A stretch of DNA of 64,000 bases from a virus: IMG/VR virus record IMGVR_UViG_3300032240_000659, positions 1 through 64,000 of that record, one strand, 5' to 3'. The notes beneath the pieces were generated by a model. It worked only from the letters and a program-made list of their open reading frames with translations, was not told the origin of the DNA and searched no databases. A program made the translations under genes and the position numbers. This document shows positions 47,601-55,593 of this stretch, one piece after another. Positions within the stretch are counted from its first letter, which is position 1. Every line of letters starts with the position of its first letter.

Positions 47601-49403
47601 GTTGGTTGAAAATCTCAAAAAGTTTGTAGTTGGGCTTAGGTAAAATGTAGGAACAAGTTGAGGATCACTAGTTCTAAAGTCAAGAATTATTTGATTACTA
47701 GAAGATGTGGCAGTATTATAAATCCACATGTCAAATTCAAAATCACCAGTACCAAATGCAAAATCAGGACTGGTATTAATTGTAACATAGTCGCCTGTTC
47801 CGTCAAAGAATGCGCTAGTTGCGCCAAATTTAGCAGTAACACCGTTGCTTAACTTGGCGTTGCCGCCCATGTTTACAACTTTATTATCTCTATTAGCATT
47901 TGTTAAAAGGCCAGTTACTTTACCAGTAAGTGTAATTTTGCTACCGTTGATAGCCGCAATAGTTCCAGCACCTAATGCAGTAGGATAAACAGAATAAAGT
48001 GTTAATGTATCACCAACGTTGTAAGTTCCAGTCTTACCTGTTAGTGTCACGTATGTTTGCCCAACACCACCACGCCCAGTAGAACCTACGACACCTTCAA
48101 AGTGTAAATCAGCAAAGTAAGTAAAACAAGTTAACCATTCAACTCTAGCACCGTTAGTCATAATCAATGCACGACTATTTGGTACAATAAAAGTTGCTTC
48201 GTTAAACAACATTGCAGCCTCTAAACTTCCGCCGCTGGCAATAGTACCTTTAGTCACTAACGAACCATCTACATATGCGCCACGGCCAGCGTCTGCACTA
48301 GCAAAGCCATACGGATCGGTTGTTGTATTTGCTCCACTACCTTTGTTTAAAACTGTTACACGTTCAATATACGGGCTTCTACTAGATATCTGTGTTCCGG
48401 TAGCATTAATTGCTGTGCTAAGTGTAAATGTTAAGTCGTTTGTTCCATCAACTCCGCCTAAATATGCTCCGCTGATGGTAATAGTATTTGTAAGAGCATA
48501 GTTAGCTCCTGCATTAGAACCTAAAGCAACACTAATTGTTGTGCTGTATGTTGTACCGGTTGTTTTAGTAATAGTAAAACTTGCACCTGCTCCTGTTCCA
48601 CTTGTAGATTTTTGTGGAATATTAGTAAATGTGCCGCCGGCAGTTACACCCGTACCTGTTATAGATGTGTATGTTGTACTAGATGATAATGAATTACCTG
48701 TAAATTTAAATGCATATCCTGTGCCGTTACCTGCACTATAAAACATGTCTTTAATTGTTAAATCGCTGATTGTGGTTTCACCGTTGACTAAAAAACAATC
48801 TTTTGTGTTTGTGCCAGTTGTTGGATAAACAATTGTTTCACGCAACCCTGCTCCTCGAACACTAACACCTTTAGGCACAACTAAAGGAAATACTTCTTGA
48901 TACAATCCAGCTAAAATATAAACAGTATCACCAGATTGTGCTTGACTAAGAGCATACGCAATAGTCCTTAACGAATTCATTTCGCTATGGCCAGCATTGG
49001 TATCAACACCTACGTTATCTGAAACATACCATACACTTGTATCGCCAGAACCAAATACAACACCGTTGATAATAACTTTGCCGGTTCCGGTTGTAGTTAA
49101 TGTTAAATTACTATTTGTTGGTGAAGTTAAAGCAAGAGCACCGCTTGTTGAGCTTAAAGTGTTGCCAGTTAATTGTAAATTACCAGCATTAATTGTAGTA
49201 CCAAGTAGCGTTGTAGCACGAGCAGTTCCTGTAATATCTAAAGGATAAGCAGGGTTCTGATTCTTAACGCCGATGAAGTGGTTACTACGATCAGTAGTAT
49301 CGCTTACTAACAAATACAACAGATCTGTCTCAAAAGCTAAATTATTCCCGTTGCGGGATAAATTATCCTTTAAGAGCGGACCCGATATTCTTCCAACAGA
49401 CAT
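44700..49403 (-). CDS. Very large tailspike/fibre protein (1567 aa) with a pectin-lyase-like beta-helix start and a LamG domain
   Basis: WYVS...G.D.N.G......TI.YAL..A..GDTV.I.AG.Y.E.FPL.VP.GVSVRG (beta-helix entry); FAFGTGDF..DMWIY...WTHVAIARASG..RMFV.G (LamG). Confidence 0.7.
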   Translation of the reverse strand: MSVGRISGPLLKDNLSRNGNNLAFETDLLYLLVSDTTDRSNHFIGVKNQNPAYPLDITGTARATTLLGTTINAGNLQLTGNTLSSTSGALALTSPTNSNLTLTTTGTGKVIINGVVFGSGDTSVWYVSDNVGVDTNAGHSEMNSLRTIAYALSQAQSGDTVYILAGLYQEVFPLVVPKGVSVRGAGLRETIVYPTTGTNTKDCFLVNGETTISDLTIKDMFYSAGNGTGYAFKFTGNSLSSSTTYTSITGTGVTAGGTFTNIPQKSTSGTGAGASFTITKTTGTTYSTTISVALGSNAGANYALTNTITISGAYLGGVDGTNDLTFTLSTAINATGTQISSRSPYIERVTVLNKGSGANTTTDPYGFASADAGRGAYVDGSLVTKGTIASGGSLEAAMLFNEATFIVPNSRALIMTNGARVEWLTCFTYFADLHFEGVVGSTGRGGVGQTYVTLTGKTGTYNVGDTLTLYSVYPTALGAGTIAAINGSKITLTGKVTGLLTNANRDNKVVNMGGNAKLSNGVTAKFGATSAFFDGTGDYVTINTSPDFAFGTGDFEFDMWIYNTATSSSNQIILDFRTSDPQLVPTFYLSPTTNFLRFSTNGAQQIQSDSAISLNTWTHVAIARASGVTRMFVGGTVQTQTYTDTNNYIQGTVTIGCRFDSTAGYTGYIDEFRISKGVARYTTTFTPATSAYVGDSTTVALLHFDGVNNATTTVDDGVTVQDIRVTSGGTATGITRYDTGEFGAEMRAISGANIYGNQGVKADGYGVSIQLMAHNFAYIGTGADLTNDKSAVVQANEVIQVNSGKVYYNSVDQSGNYRVGSLFTVNYETGAVNFAAGALNVSSLNSITFNNGTSITTVGPTGITANNIIISGNTIGSTVGPINIDPATGEAVTVNAPTTVTGLLTTSSATGISVGTPAQGALTGGVSLSISTSVSDSIGLLNQTLSLLTPAAPTAFPGGQSFFVNGLTQRIMFTAAGSQVNNDATNVTTPAAGTIVYVIRANTLSTSSITATGPGTQGLVTVKRNNTAATTKTLTYGNTTQTITATITGTTLNSNVVTFTPPAAGVLVVGYLITTGASGAFGGLSNSTAYYITAVTATTLTLSTYNTTTGSVGSAFNATSTTTGTLTFTSTSDNGTYTANNTSLVVTNNVASPVGTPGFYETIDVTVTGTTVPAGWNTVQITHGAAGSTTIGASTTNTGVWYYDNSATVAPTFGTQTFALGTSNLTYSSTIPHYNSSTTYNSGFVVTWNAGQTGHSSLATSILTTAAIGPWTSAGNKTYTNLGYTTLPTTTTVTAGSGPNATTFTHSITTGFGAWTTTTTVPAFTADNSYTTAASALPALNAIILYKTGTTSSTTFLDETNIFFNAAVGGSTTGGLRVVNPDTGTANTDTPAFAGGAAAFNSQSGTLLATDATVVGTGTGINSLKHDVTNYSTGYLPAGPNLSGRTVGNAQYFTFRFVRSAINGFPITLTTGATGIAGFWAGLPGSSNGSVYGTGKSSLNGWLSLGTNSTLLNGCVSGTAFVAGQQYTAQTFTVDFGVYSSSSATNNEIWVRIKLTSGQSITSLYLG

Positions 49404-49515
49404 TAGCGCTCCTCAGTACCCCGTGTTACACGGTTAACCAAATTTTCAGCTTGCGCTCTTTGCTGGTTTACCACAGTTTAAAATCTCAGCCATTTAGCAT
49501 GAGCAACTGTATTTA
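49404..49515 (-). promoter_or_regulatory. Late promoter (TAAATA 49510-49515) with a structured ~100-nt 5' leader; candidate cis-regulatory RNA
   Basis: Stems CTCA/TGAG, CAGC/GCTG, GGTAAACCA/TGGTTAACC and CCGTG-TAA-CACGG, then a GAGGAG SD. Confidence 0.55.
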
Positions 49516-49529
49516 TGTTATTTTGGTTT

Positions 49530-51092
49530 TTATCTGTCGAAGCCATGTAAAACGTTGACTGTTTTACCTAGTGGTACTGGTTCTGTAAACTGTAAGTAAT
49601 AACTATTATTAGAAACAGTGTTTGTAGCGTCTACTAGTGTATATGTCATTCCTTGTGGAATGATTTGACTTGTTGTTCCTAGTGCAAGAGTTGCGCTAGT
49701 TAATGCTCCGCTGATACTGTCAGTTGTGTAACTGACAACGGTTGAGTATGTTGTCAATGTTAATCCAGTAATTGATCCGCCAGTGGCTGTCACTGCGGGG
49801 CCGCCAATAGAAGTTGACAACTGGAATGTTGTAGTACCGTTTGTTGAAATAATATAATATGTTGTAGGATTAGTATATCCAGTAATGCTACCGGCGCCGC
49901 CGGCCGTTCCACTAATTTGAATTTTCTGATTAACTGCTAAGGTATTGGCTGTACCTAATGTAAATGTATTACTACTAGTTGTAATAGTTCCAGAAATAGT
50001 TGTACTAGTTGGAATATATGTAGAATACGCTCCGCTAACTTTAGAACTGGCTGTAACAGTACCTGATTGATTTGATAATACTAGTGAATAAGATACCGAT
50101 GTTGCACTAGGAGCTGGGCTTGCTAATACACTAAATGACCCGTTAAAATTTGTAATACCTGTAACAGTAATACTTTGACCAGAAGCAAACGGAACACTAC
50201 CTAGACTAGTAAAGGTTAATGTTGCTACGTTTCCAGATACTGCCGCAGTTAATACAGTTAATGTTGATGATGTTGATACTGTTGCTGTAGTAATGTCTAC
50301 AGACGGATATGCAATAGTACCACTGGCGCTAGTTGCTACCAATGCTGTTGTAGAAGGAATAGCACTATACACACCGTTTGAACTTAGTGTATAAGTTCCT
50401 GTTCCGCCACTGCCGACAGTAATGGTTCCATAAATTGTACCAGTTTGTGCGTTGGCAATTTGTTGTCCCACTGCCAGTTGTGAAGGACTGCCTGAATTAA
50501 TTGATCCTACTGTAAGTGTAACAGATGATCCATTACTTCCGCTAGCCCCAATACTGCCAGTTATCCAAATACTAAAATAAATTGTCTTACCTGCAACTGC
50601 AATAGCATTACTACTAGTTGCTGTATAGGTCTCCCCAGCAATAGTAGGGTTTTGTACTACAAGATAGTTTGATACAGCTAATTGAATAACGTTTTCAACA
50701 ATGACTATTAAATTTTTAGCCATCTGTGTCATATCCCAAGTAACACCGCTTTGTGCTGTAGTTGCCGGTGCTGGATTTAATGGGCCAAAATATATAGTTA
50801 AGCTATCGCCTGCTCCTAAATTTTGTAATGTAATTAGGCCTGGTTCTTTGTAACGAATTGCACGCCAGCTTGCACTACTACCTTGATACACTTCTACTTC
50901 TTGGGTAGTTGTATTGTAACGAATCATGCCAGTTGACGGTGTTCCTGGTTGTTGTGCAGTAGTACCGTTAGGTAAAACTAAACTACCTGCACCAATAGGA
51001 CTAACATAGACATTAGTTCGTGAATCATCAGAATACAAAGTGGTATTATTTGCAGTTCTGCGATCTAAAGTTTGACGTTTAATAAATCTCAT
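49530..51092 (-). CDS. Fibre-like structural protein (520 aa)
   Basis: L.LP.GTT.Q.P..P..GMIRYNTTT..VEVY motif; T/S/G-rich inserts. Confidence 0.62.
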   Translation of the reverse strand: MRFIKRQTLDRRTANNTTLYSDDSRTNVYVSPIGAGSLVLPNGTTAQQPGTPSTGMIRYNTTTQEVEVYQGSSASWRAIRYKEPGLITLQNLGAGDSLTIYFGPLNPAPATTAQSGVTWDMTQMAKNLIVIVENVIQLAVSNYLVVQNPTIAGETYTATSSNAIAVAGKTIYFSIWITGSIGASGSNGSSVTLTVGSINSGSPSQLAVGQQIANAQTGTIYGTITVGSGGTGTYTLSSNGVYSAIPSTTALVATSASGTIAYPSVDITTATVSTSSTLTVLTAAVSGNVATLTFTSLGSVPFASGQSITVTGITNFNGSFSVLASPAPSATSVSYSLVLSNQSGTVTASSKVSGAYSTYIPTSTTISGTITTSSNTFTLGTANTLAVNQKIQISGTAGGAGSITGYTNPTTYYIISTNGTTTFQLSTSIGGPAVTATGGSITGLTLTTYSTVVSYTTDSISGALTSATLALGTTSQIIPQGMTYTLVDATNTVSNNSYYLQFTEPVPLGKTVNVLHGFDR

Positions 51093-51412
51093 TATACTGG
51101 TAGTGTGCTAATCACTATATTTAAAGATGTTGTTGTACCTGCAATCGCTACAAGAGTATCATTGCTTGCTAATACTAATTTTTCTTGATCTAATGTAACA
51201 GTTTCGCCTGACGGAATTGATAATGCACTTACTATTTTATTAGTATTACTTGCTGTACCAACTGATCCGGCACTGTTTGGAACTGCATACAAAGATAATG
51301 TAGTAGCGGCGACGCTATAATTACATACCATCATGCAGGTAACAGCATTATTTCCACTGCTAGTATAAACTGTAGTATTTGTTGTTCCAATTAATGCTGC
51401 GGTTAACGCCAT
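51092..51412 (-). CDS. Small beta-sandwich virion protein (106 aa), paralog of 43723..44052
   Basis: TTVYTS...V..M.V.NYS......LYAVP...L...D.LVA.A; TAATG coupling to the next gene. Confidence 0.6.
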   Translation of the reverse strand: MALTAALIGTTNTTVYTSSGNNAVTCMMVCNYSVAATTLSLYAVPNSAGSVGTASNTNKIVSALSIPSGETVTLDQEKLVLASNDTLVAIAGTTTSLNIVISTLPV

Positions 51413-51421
51413 ATTCTTTCC

Positions 51422-52456
51422 TTATAATAAAATGCTTAACAGCACTGCTCTATTCTTACTTACTAATTCATCTTGATTATAAGCAAGAGCACCGTAGGCA
51501 TTGTTGCTTACAAAATATATACCAGTTCTACCCGGACCTTCTGTAGATTTTGAATAAAATTTAACTTTGTTTGCGGCTGTTGCCGGATCGCTTACACTTA
51601 CATCTATTTCTAAACTTGCATTAAATTCAACAACCCCATTACCCGAAGTTACTATTAAATTACCGGTGCCAGAATTAGTTACGGTATTACCTAAAATGTT
51701 AACACCAGGTAAACCGGCAGTGGTATTAACAGTTAAGCCGCCAGATGTAACTTGCGTTCTTAAAATTAAATTACCTGAACCACTATCAATAGTATAAGTG
51801 TCAACACTGTTAGTAGTTGTTTGTACAAGAGATTGCGATATAGAAGATACAATTTTTTGTATTTTTTCTACGCCAGCTGATGCAAGTTGTGCTGTTACAT
51901 AACTGGTAACAAACTGTCTATTTGGTATATCGTTATCGTTAACTACTCGAGTATAGTAATTTGTTGAATTGGCAATTTTTAACACACTATTGCCATTTTG
52001 CATATCAAGATATAAGTTAGTATTAACTATGGGGCTAATACTGTTTACTTGTAAACCTGTTGTTCCGGTTGTAGTGCCGTTGTATGTTTTAATAACAAAC
52101 GATCCACTCACACTGCCGCCTGCACCAGCATTTGCTGTTGAATCCCAGTGCGTAACTTGTTCATCATAAACTAAAAATGCATCTGGACTGCTGCCTCTAC
52201 CAATTTGCAAACCTGCTTGGTATGGCATTTGTAATGCACCGCTAATTCCACTTCCGGATTGCCCGTAGTTTACTTGAATAATATTGTCTTTGATTGTTGT
52301 GTTTGTTGACTCAACTGTAGTAGTTGTGCCTTGAACGTCAAGGTTACCAGTGATAATAACAGTGCCCGCAGTTGGGCCAGTATCAAATGTGATAGTACCG
52401 CCAGTATTAACTGCAATTCTGTAATTATCTTGATCAACACGTAGTATTCTTGACAT
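51422..52456 (-). CDS. Fibre-like structural protein (344 aa)
   Basis: ITGNLDVQGTTTTVEST...IKDNII module, also present in 32021..36484. Confidence 0.6.
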   Translation of the reverse strand: MSRILRVDQDNYRIAVNTGGTITFDTGPTAGTVIITGNLDVQGTTTTVESTNTTIKDNIIQVNYGQSGSGISGALQMPYQAGLQIGRGSSPDAFLVYDEQVTHWDSTANAGAGGSVSGSFVIKTYNGTTTGTTGLQVNSISPIVNTNLYLDMQNGNSVLKIANSTNYYTRVVNDNDIPNRQFVTSYVTAQLASAGVEKIQKIVSSISQSLVQTTTNSVDTYTIDSGSGNLILRTQVTSGGLTVNTTAGLPGVNILGNTVTNSGTGNLIVTSGNGVVEFNASLEIDVSVSDPATAANKVKFYSKSTEGPGRTGIYFVSNNAYGALAYNQDELVSKNRAVLLSILL

Positions 52457-52468
52457 TTATAATCCTTG

Positions 52469-52486
52469 CGGGGACCTAAGTCCCCG
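52469..52486 (-). other. GC-rich intercistronic hairpin without a U-tract
   Basis: CGGGGAC-TTAG-GTCCCCG on the minus strand, immediately 5' of the AAGGA SD of 51422..52456. Confidence 0.75.
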
Positions 52487-52496
52487 ACTTTATATA

Positions 52497-54254
52497 TTAA
52501 ACGTTATCGATTTTAACTGAAACGTTTAGCACTGCTGAGCCAAATGTCCAGTTAACTGTTGCGCCATCTGCAAACTGTGTACCAGTATTGCGTGTTACAC
52601 GGCAACGACGGTTAGTAATCTTGCTGACCCAATACGAACCACCAGCAGAGTCAACAGCGTTAATAGCCATTGTTCCACCAACTGTTGGGAAAGTTGTTAC
52701 CAGTTTAGCGTAGAAAACACCATCAGCATTTTCAACACGGAAACGTTGTGTGTTTTCTTGTTTGATAATGTCAGTGTCTTGACGAGCAACACCACCAGTT
52801 GTAGACAGTGCTACTGCTTGCATTGCGGCATAGTTACCAGTATAACCAGTTGTGACCTGTGCGGCAAATGTCATACTTGCGGCGGCACCTTGGTTGCTGT
52901 TGATTGTAACAGCTACGTTACCACTTACTACTGTGGTTGCTGTCGATGTTGCTGAAGTAACTGCTGTAGCATTACCACCTGCTGAGCCGCTTAGAACAAT
53001 TTCAGTTGCTCCGTTAACTGCAATGATGTAATATGTGCCAGCTGTTAAACTACCACCAGTACCAGTTGTAACTACTTTTAATCCTGGGACTAATTGGTCT
53101 GTTGAACTAACAGTTGCTTTGTATAAGTTAATTGTTAGACCAACGATATCACCACTTGCTGTACCGTTTGCTACTGCTGTACCGTCAATATTGGTCAATG
53201 TAAATGTACTTGTACCGTTAGTGGTTTTAACAAGATAACTCTTACCAGTTGAGTAACCAGTAATTGTAGTACCAGTGTTAGTACCAGTTAATGTCAATAC
53301 TTGACCGACATAGAATGTACCAGCACTCTGTGGAGTAGCTAACAAATAACTACCAGTAAGACTTGTTGAACTAAAACCAGAACTGGTAAATGCACTGATA
53401 GCTGTTAGTGTTGTACTTGTGATACTTGGAGTTACTGGCACTGTGTTGATGTAACCGTTACCAGTGTTAGTGTATGTGACACCGTTAACACCAAATGTTG
53501 CTGGAGTCAATGTATGACCAGTACCTGAAGTACCTGTCGGAGTTTGAGCAGAAGCTAAACCACTTGTAACACCTGATTGTTGATATGTACCACCACTTGC
53601 AACAGCAACGCTGGCTAATGTACCTGCAACTGTACCAATTGTAACTGTACCGTTACTAATAGCTGTTGAACCACCAGTGAATGTAATTGCTGTTCCAGCA
53701 AGTGCGTTAGCATAGCTAGAAGCCAATGTCACTGTTGTCGAACTTGAAGTTGTAGCGGCAACATAATATGTTGTACTAGCGGCAAGGCCTGAAGTTGTTG
53801 TAACTGAAGCACCAGTGATAAAACTTGTACCTTGAATATAACTTCCGCTTGTAACTGTTACTGCTGTACCATTAGTGTTAGTAATTGTGTTACCAGAAAT
53901 AGTAGACAATGTTGGTGTCCATGTAGATGTTACACCGCCATATGTAACTGACAAAACGTCAGTTGCCAAATATGCTTTAGTTGCTGAACCACTAACAGTA
54001 GCAGTTAAAATACTAAATGTTGGAGTACCAACTGCTGTTACACCACCTTCACTAGCCAATGCTGGAGCTGGAAATGTGAATGATGTTGCGGCAGCTTGAG
54101 CTTGAGTAAATGAACCAGCTGTGATTGAACCAATACCTAGAGCTTTTAAACCACCTAGGTCATAGTCTGTTGGCAATAAACTTGTATTACCGTATAGACC
54201 TGTGGCACCGGTATTTCTCTTACCAAAATATTTTTTATTTAAAGGACGTCCCAT
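52497..54254 (-). CDS. Structural protein downstream of the major capsid gene (585 aa); possible head decoration or whisker
   Basis: Own late promoter and strong AAGGAG SD; globular C-terminus DIIKQ....RFRV...G...KLV; T/G/S-rich inserts. Confidence 0.55.
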   Translation of the reverse strand: MGRPLNKKYFGKRNTGATGLYGNTSLLPTDYDLGGLKALGIGSITAGSFTQAQAAATSFTFPAPALASEGGVTAVGTPTFSILTATVSGSATKAYLATDVLSVTYGGVTSTWTPTLSTISGNTITNTNGTAVTVTSGSYIQGTSFITGASVTTTSGLAASTTYYVAATTSSSTTVTLASSYANALAGTAITFTGGSTAISNGTVTIGTVAGTLASVAVASGGTYQQSGVTSGLASAQTPTGTSGTGHTLTPATFGVNGVTYTNTGNGYINTVPVTPSITSTTLTAISAFTSSGFSSTSLTGSYLLATPQSAGTFYVGQVLTLTGTNTGTTITGYSTGKSYLVKTTNGTSTFTLTNIDGTAVANGTASGDIVGLTINLYKATVSSTDQLVPGLKVVTTGTGGSLTAGTYYIIAVNGATEIVLSGSAGGNATAVTSATSTATTVVSGNVAVTINSNQGAAASMTFAAQVTTGYTGNYAAMQAVALSTTGGVARQDTDIIKQENTQRFRVENADGVFYAKLVTTFPTVGGTMAINAVDSAGGSYWVSKITNRRCRVTRNTGTQFADGATVNWTFGSAVLNVSVKIDNV

Positions 54255-54348
54255 TTTGTTTTCTCCTTAAGAAAAACGGCGTTCTAGGCCGTACGCGGTT
54301 GGATTTCCGCATAAAATTCACCCTATGTGAATCATTACTATGTATTTA
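54255..54348 (-). promoter_or_regulatory. Late promoter (TAAATA 54343-54348) with a three-hairpin 5' leader
   Basis: Hairpins at 54315-54333, 54293-54312 and 54276-54292, then an AAGGAG SD. Confidence 0.55.
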
Positions 54349-54357
54349 GCAGATATA

Positions 54358-54382
54358 GAAAAAGGGCTCCGAAGAGCCCTTT
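54358..54382 (-). terminator. Rho-independent terminator after the major capsid gene, cUUCGg loop
   Basis: AAAGGGCTC-TTCG-GAGCCCTTTTT on the minus strand. Confidence 0.9.
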
Positions 54383-54409
54383 AATTGGTTGACAACTTTT
54401 AAGGTTAGA

Positions 54410-55582
54410 TTAACTAAACTTAACGTTGGCTGCTGTGATAGCAACTTTACCTAAGTAGTCAGCGGCGTTACCTAGAGAAGACGCTGTGTTTGACAATTCA
54501 ACATAACCATAACGTGTCATGAATGATACGACTGGTTCGAATGTTGATGGGTCAAGAACAACACCACTGCTCATCAATGGAATGTATGGGCAATAGAATG
54601 CTGGTGCGTCAGACTCAGAACCACCTTTGTAACCGATTAGAACATCAGTTGAATCAGTTGCATAGCTGTTTACATAAACTTTCATTGCGTTGTTTAATGT
54701 ACCAACGAACTTGGTGTTTGTAGGAGCTTCAAATGTACCTTCTGTTGTACGAGCAAATGCGCTAGTAGTAGCAGATTGTAGAATTGTTAAAGCAAATGGA
54801 CTTACTACAGCCCAGTTACCAGCACCACGACGTGTACGTTGAGCGATCAAGTTAGCAACACGGTTGATCTGAACTGCCAATGCGGCATGCTCGTCACCAA
54901 CGAATGTAGCTGTACCAGATACAGCTGATTGGTCATAAGTTTGTACGGCTGTACCGGCTAGAGTAGCTAGACTAGCTAGGATCTCTTGGTCGATTTCAGC
55001 AGTAATTTCTTGTGCAAGAGCAGCCATGATTTCTGCTTCAACGTCAATACCTTGTTGGGCTTGTGCGTCTTGAGCAGCCTCGAATGTCCAGCGAGCTGAT
55101 AACTTACGTGTCTTAGCTTCAACTGTTTGCTTCAAGATTTGAATTGACATACGCTTACCAGCTGCACCTTCTAAGGTAGCTGTAGCGGCTGCTTTAGCTG
55201 GGCTTGCCTCATTACCTGAGTAAGCTTCAGCAATCTTGAATGGGCTTAATGCCTCTTCACCAGCAACAACGCCAGCACCACTTGATGAATCGCTGTAGCG
55301 AACACGTAGAGTGTGGATTTGTCCAACTGGACCAGTCATTGGTTGTACACCAACTAGTTCATTAGCAATGACTGTTGGCATAACGCGACGGATTACTGGT
55401 AGAATGACGCGGTTTAGTGTTGCAACGTTACCGGCAGAAGTAGCACCAGCAGTTGGAGATTCCATCAAATACTTGCGTGTATTTTCTAGTGTAACTCCCA
55501 TTACTGATTTTTTAGTGCCTTGTAAGCCTTCTAGTAGGGCTTCCTTGGTTTCTGCCCAACGTCCGTTTAATAATTCAGACAT
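54410..55582 (-). CDS. gp23: Major capsid protein (T4 gp23-like)
   Basis: LPVIRRVMP..IANELVGVQPMTGPVGQIHTLR; TRKLSARWTFEAAQD; FYCPYIPL; FMTRYG; 390 aa. Confidence 0.97.
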   Translation of the reverse strand: MSELLNGRWAETKEALLEGLQGTKKSVMGVTLENTRKYLMESPTAGATSAGNVATLNRVILPVIRRVMPTVIANELVGVQPMTGPVGQIHTLRVRYSDSSSGAGVVAGEEALSPFKIAEAYSGNEASPAKAAATATLEGAAGKRMSIQILKQTVEAKTRKLSARWTFEAAQDAQAQQGIDVEAEIMAALAQEITAEIDQEILASLATLAGTAVQTYDQSAVSGTATFVGDEHAALAVQINRVANLIAQRTRRGAGNWAVVSPFALTILQSATTSAFARTTEGTFEAPTNTKFVGTLNNAMKVYVNSYATDSTDVLIGYKGGSESDAPAFYCPYIPLMSSGVVLDPSTFEPVVSFMTRYGYVELSNTASSLGNAADYLGKVAITAANVKFS

Positions 55583-55593
55583 GTAAATTCTCC

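Noticed and set aside
49421-49472. Assignment of the leader as a c-di-GMP-I riboswitch
   Set aside because: Only GGTAAACC matches; the GNRA-capped P2 and the GACGCAAA...GGTCTAA core are not present. Kept as an unassigned structured leader.
27329-54099. Many 60-190 aa plus-strand Val/Pro/Leu-rich ORFs in the fibre region
   Set aside because: Shadows of Thr/Gly/Ala/Asn-rich minus-strand genes whose codon bias suppresses antisense stops.
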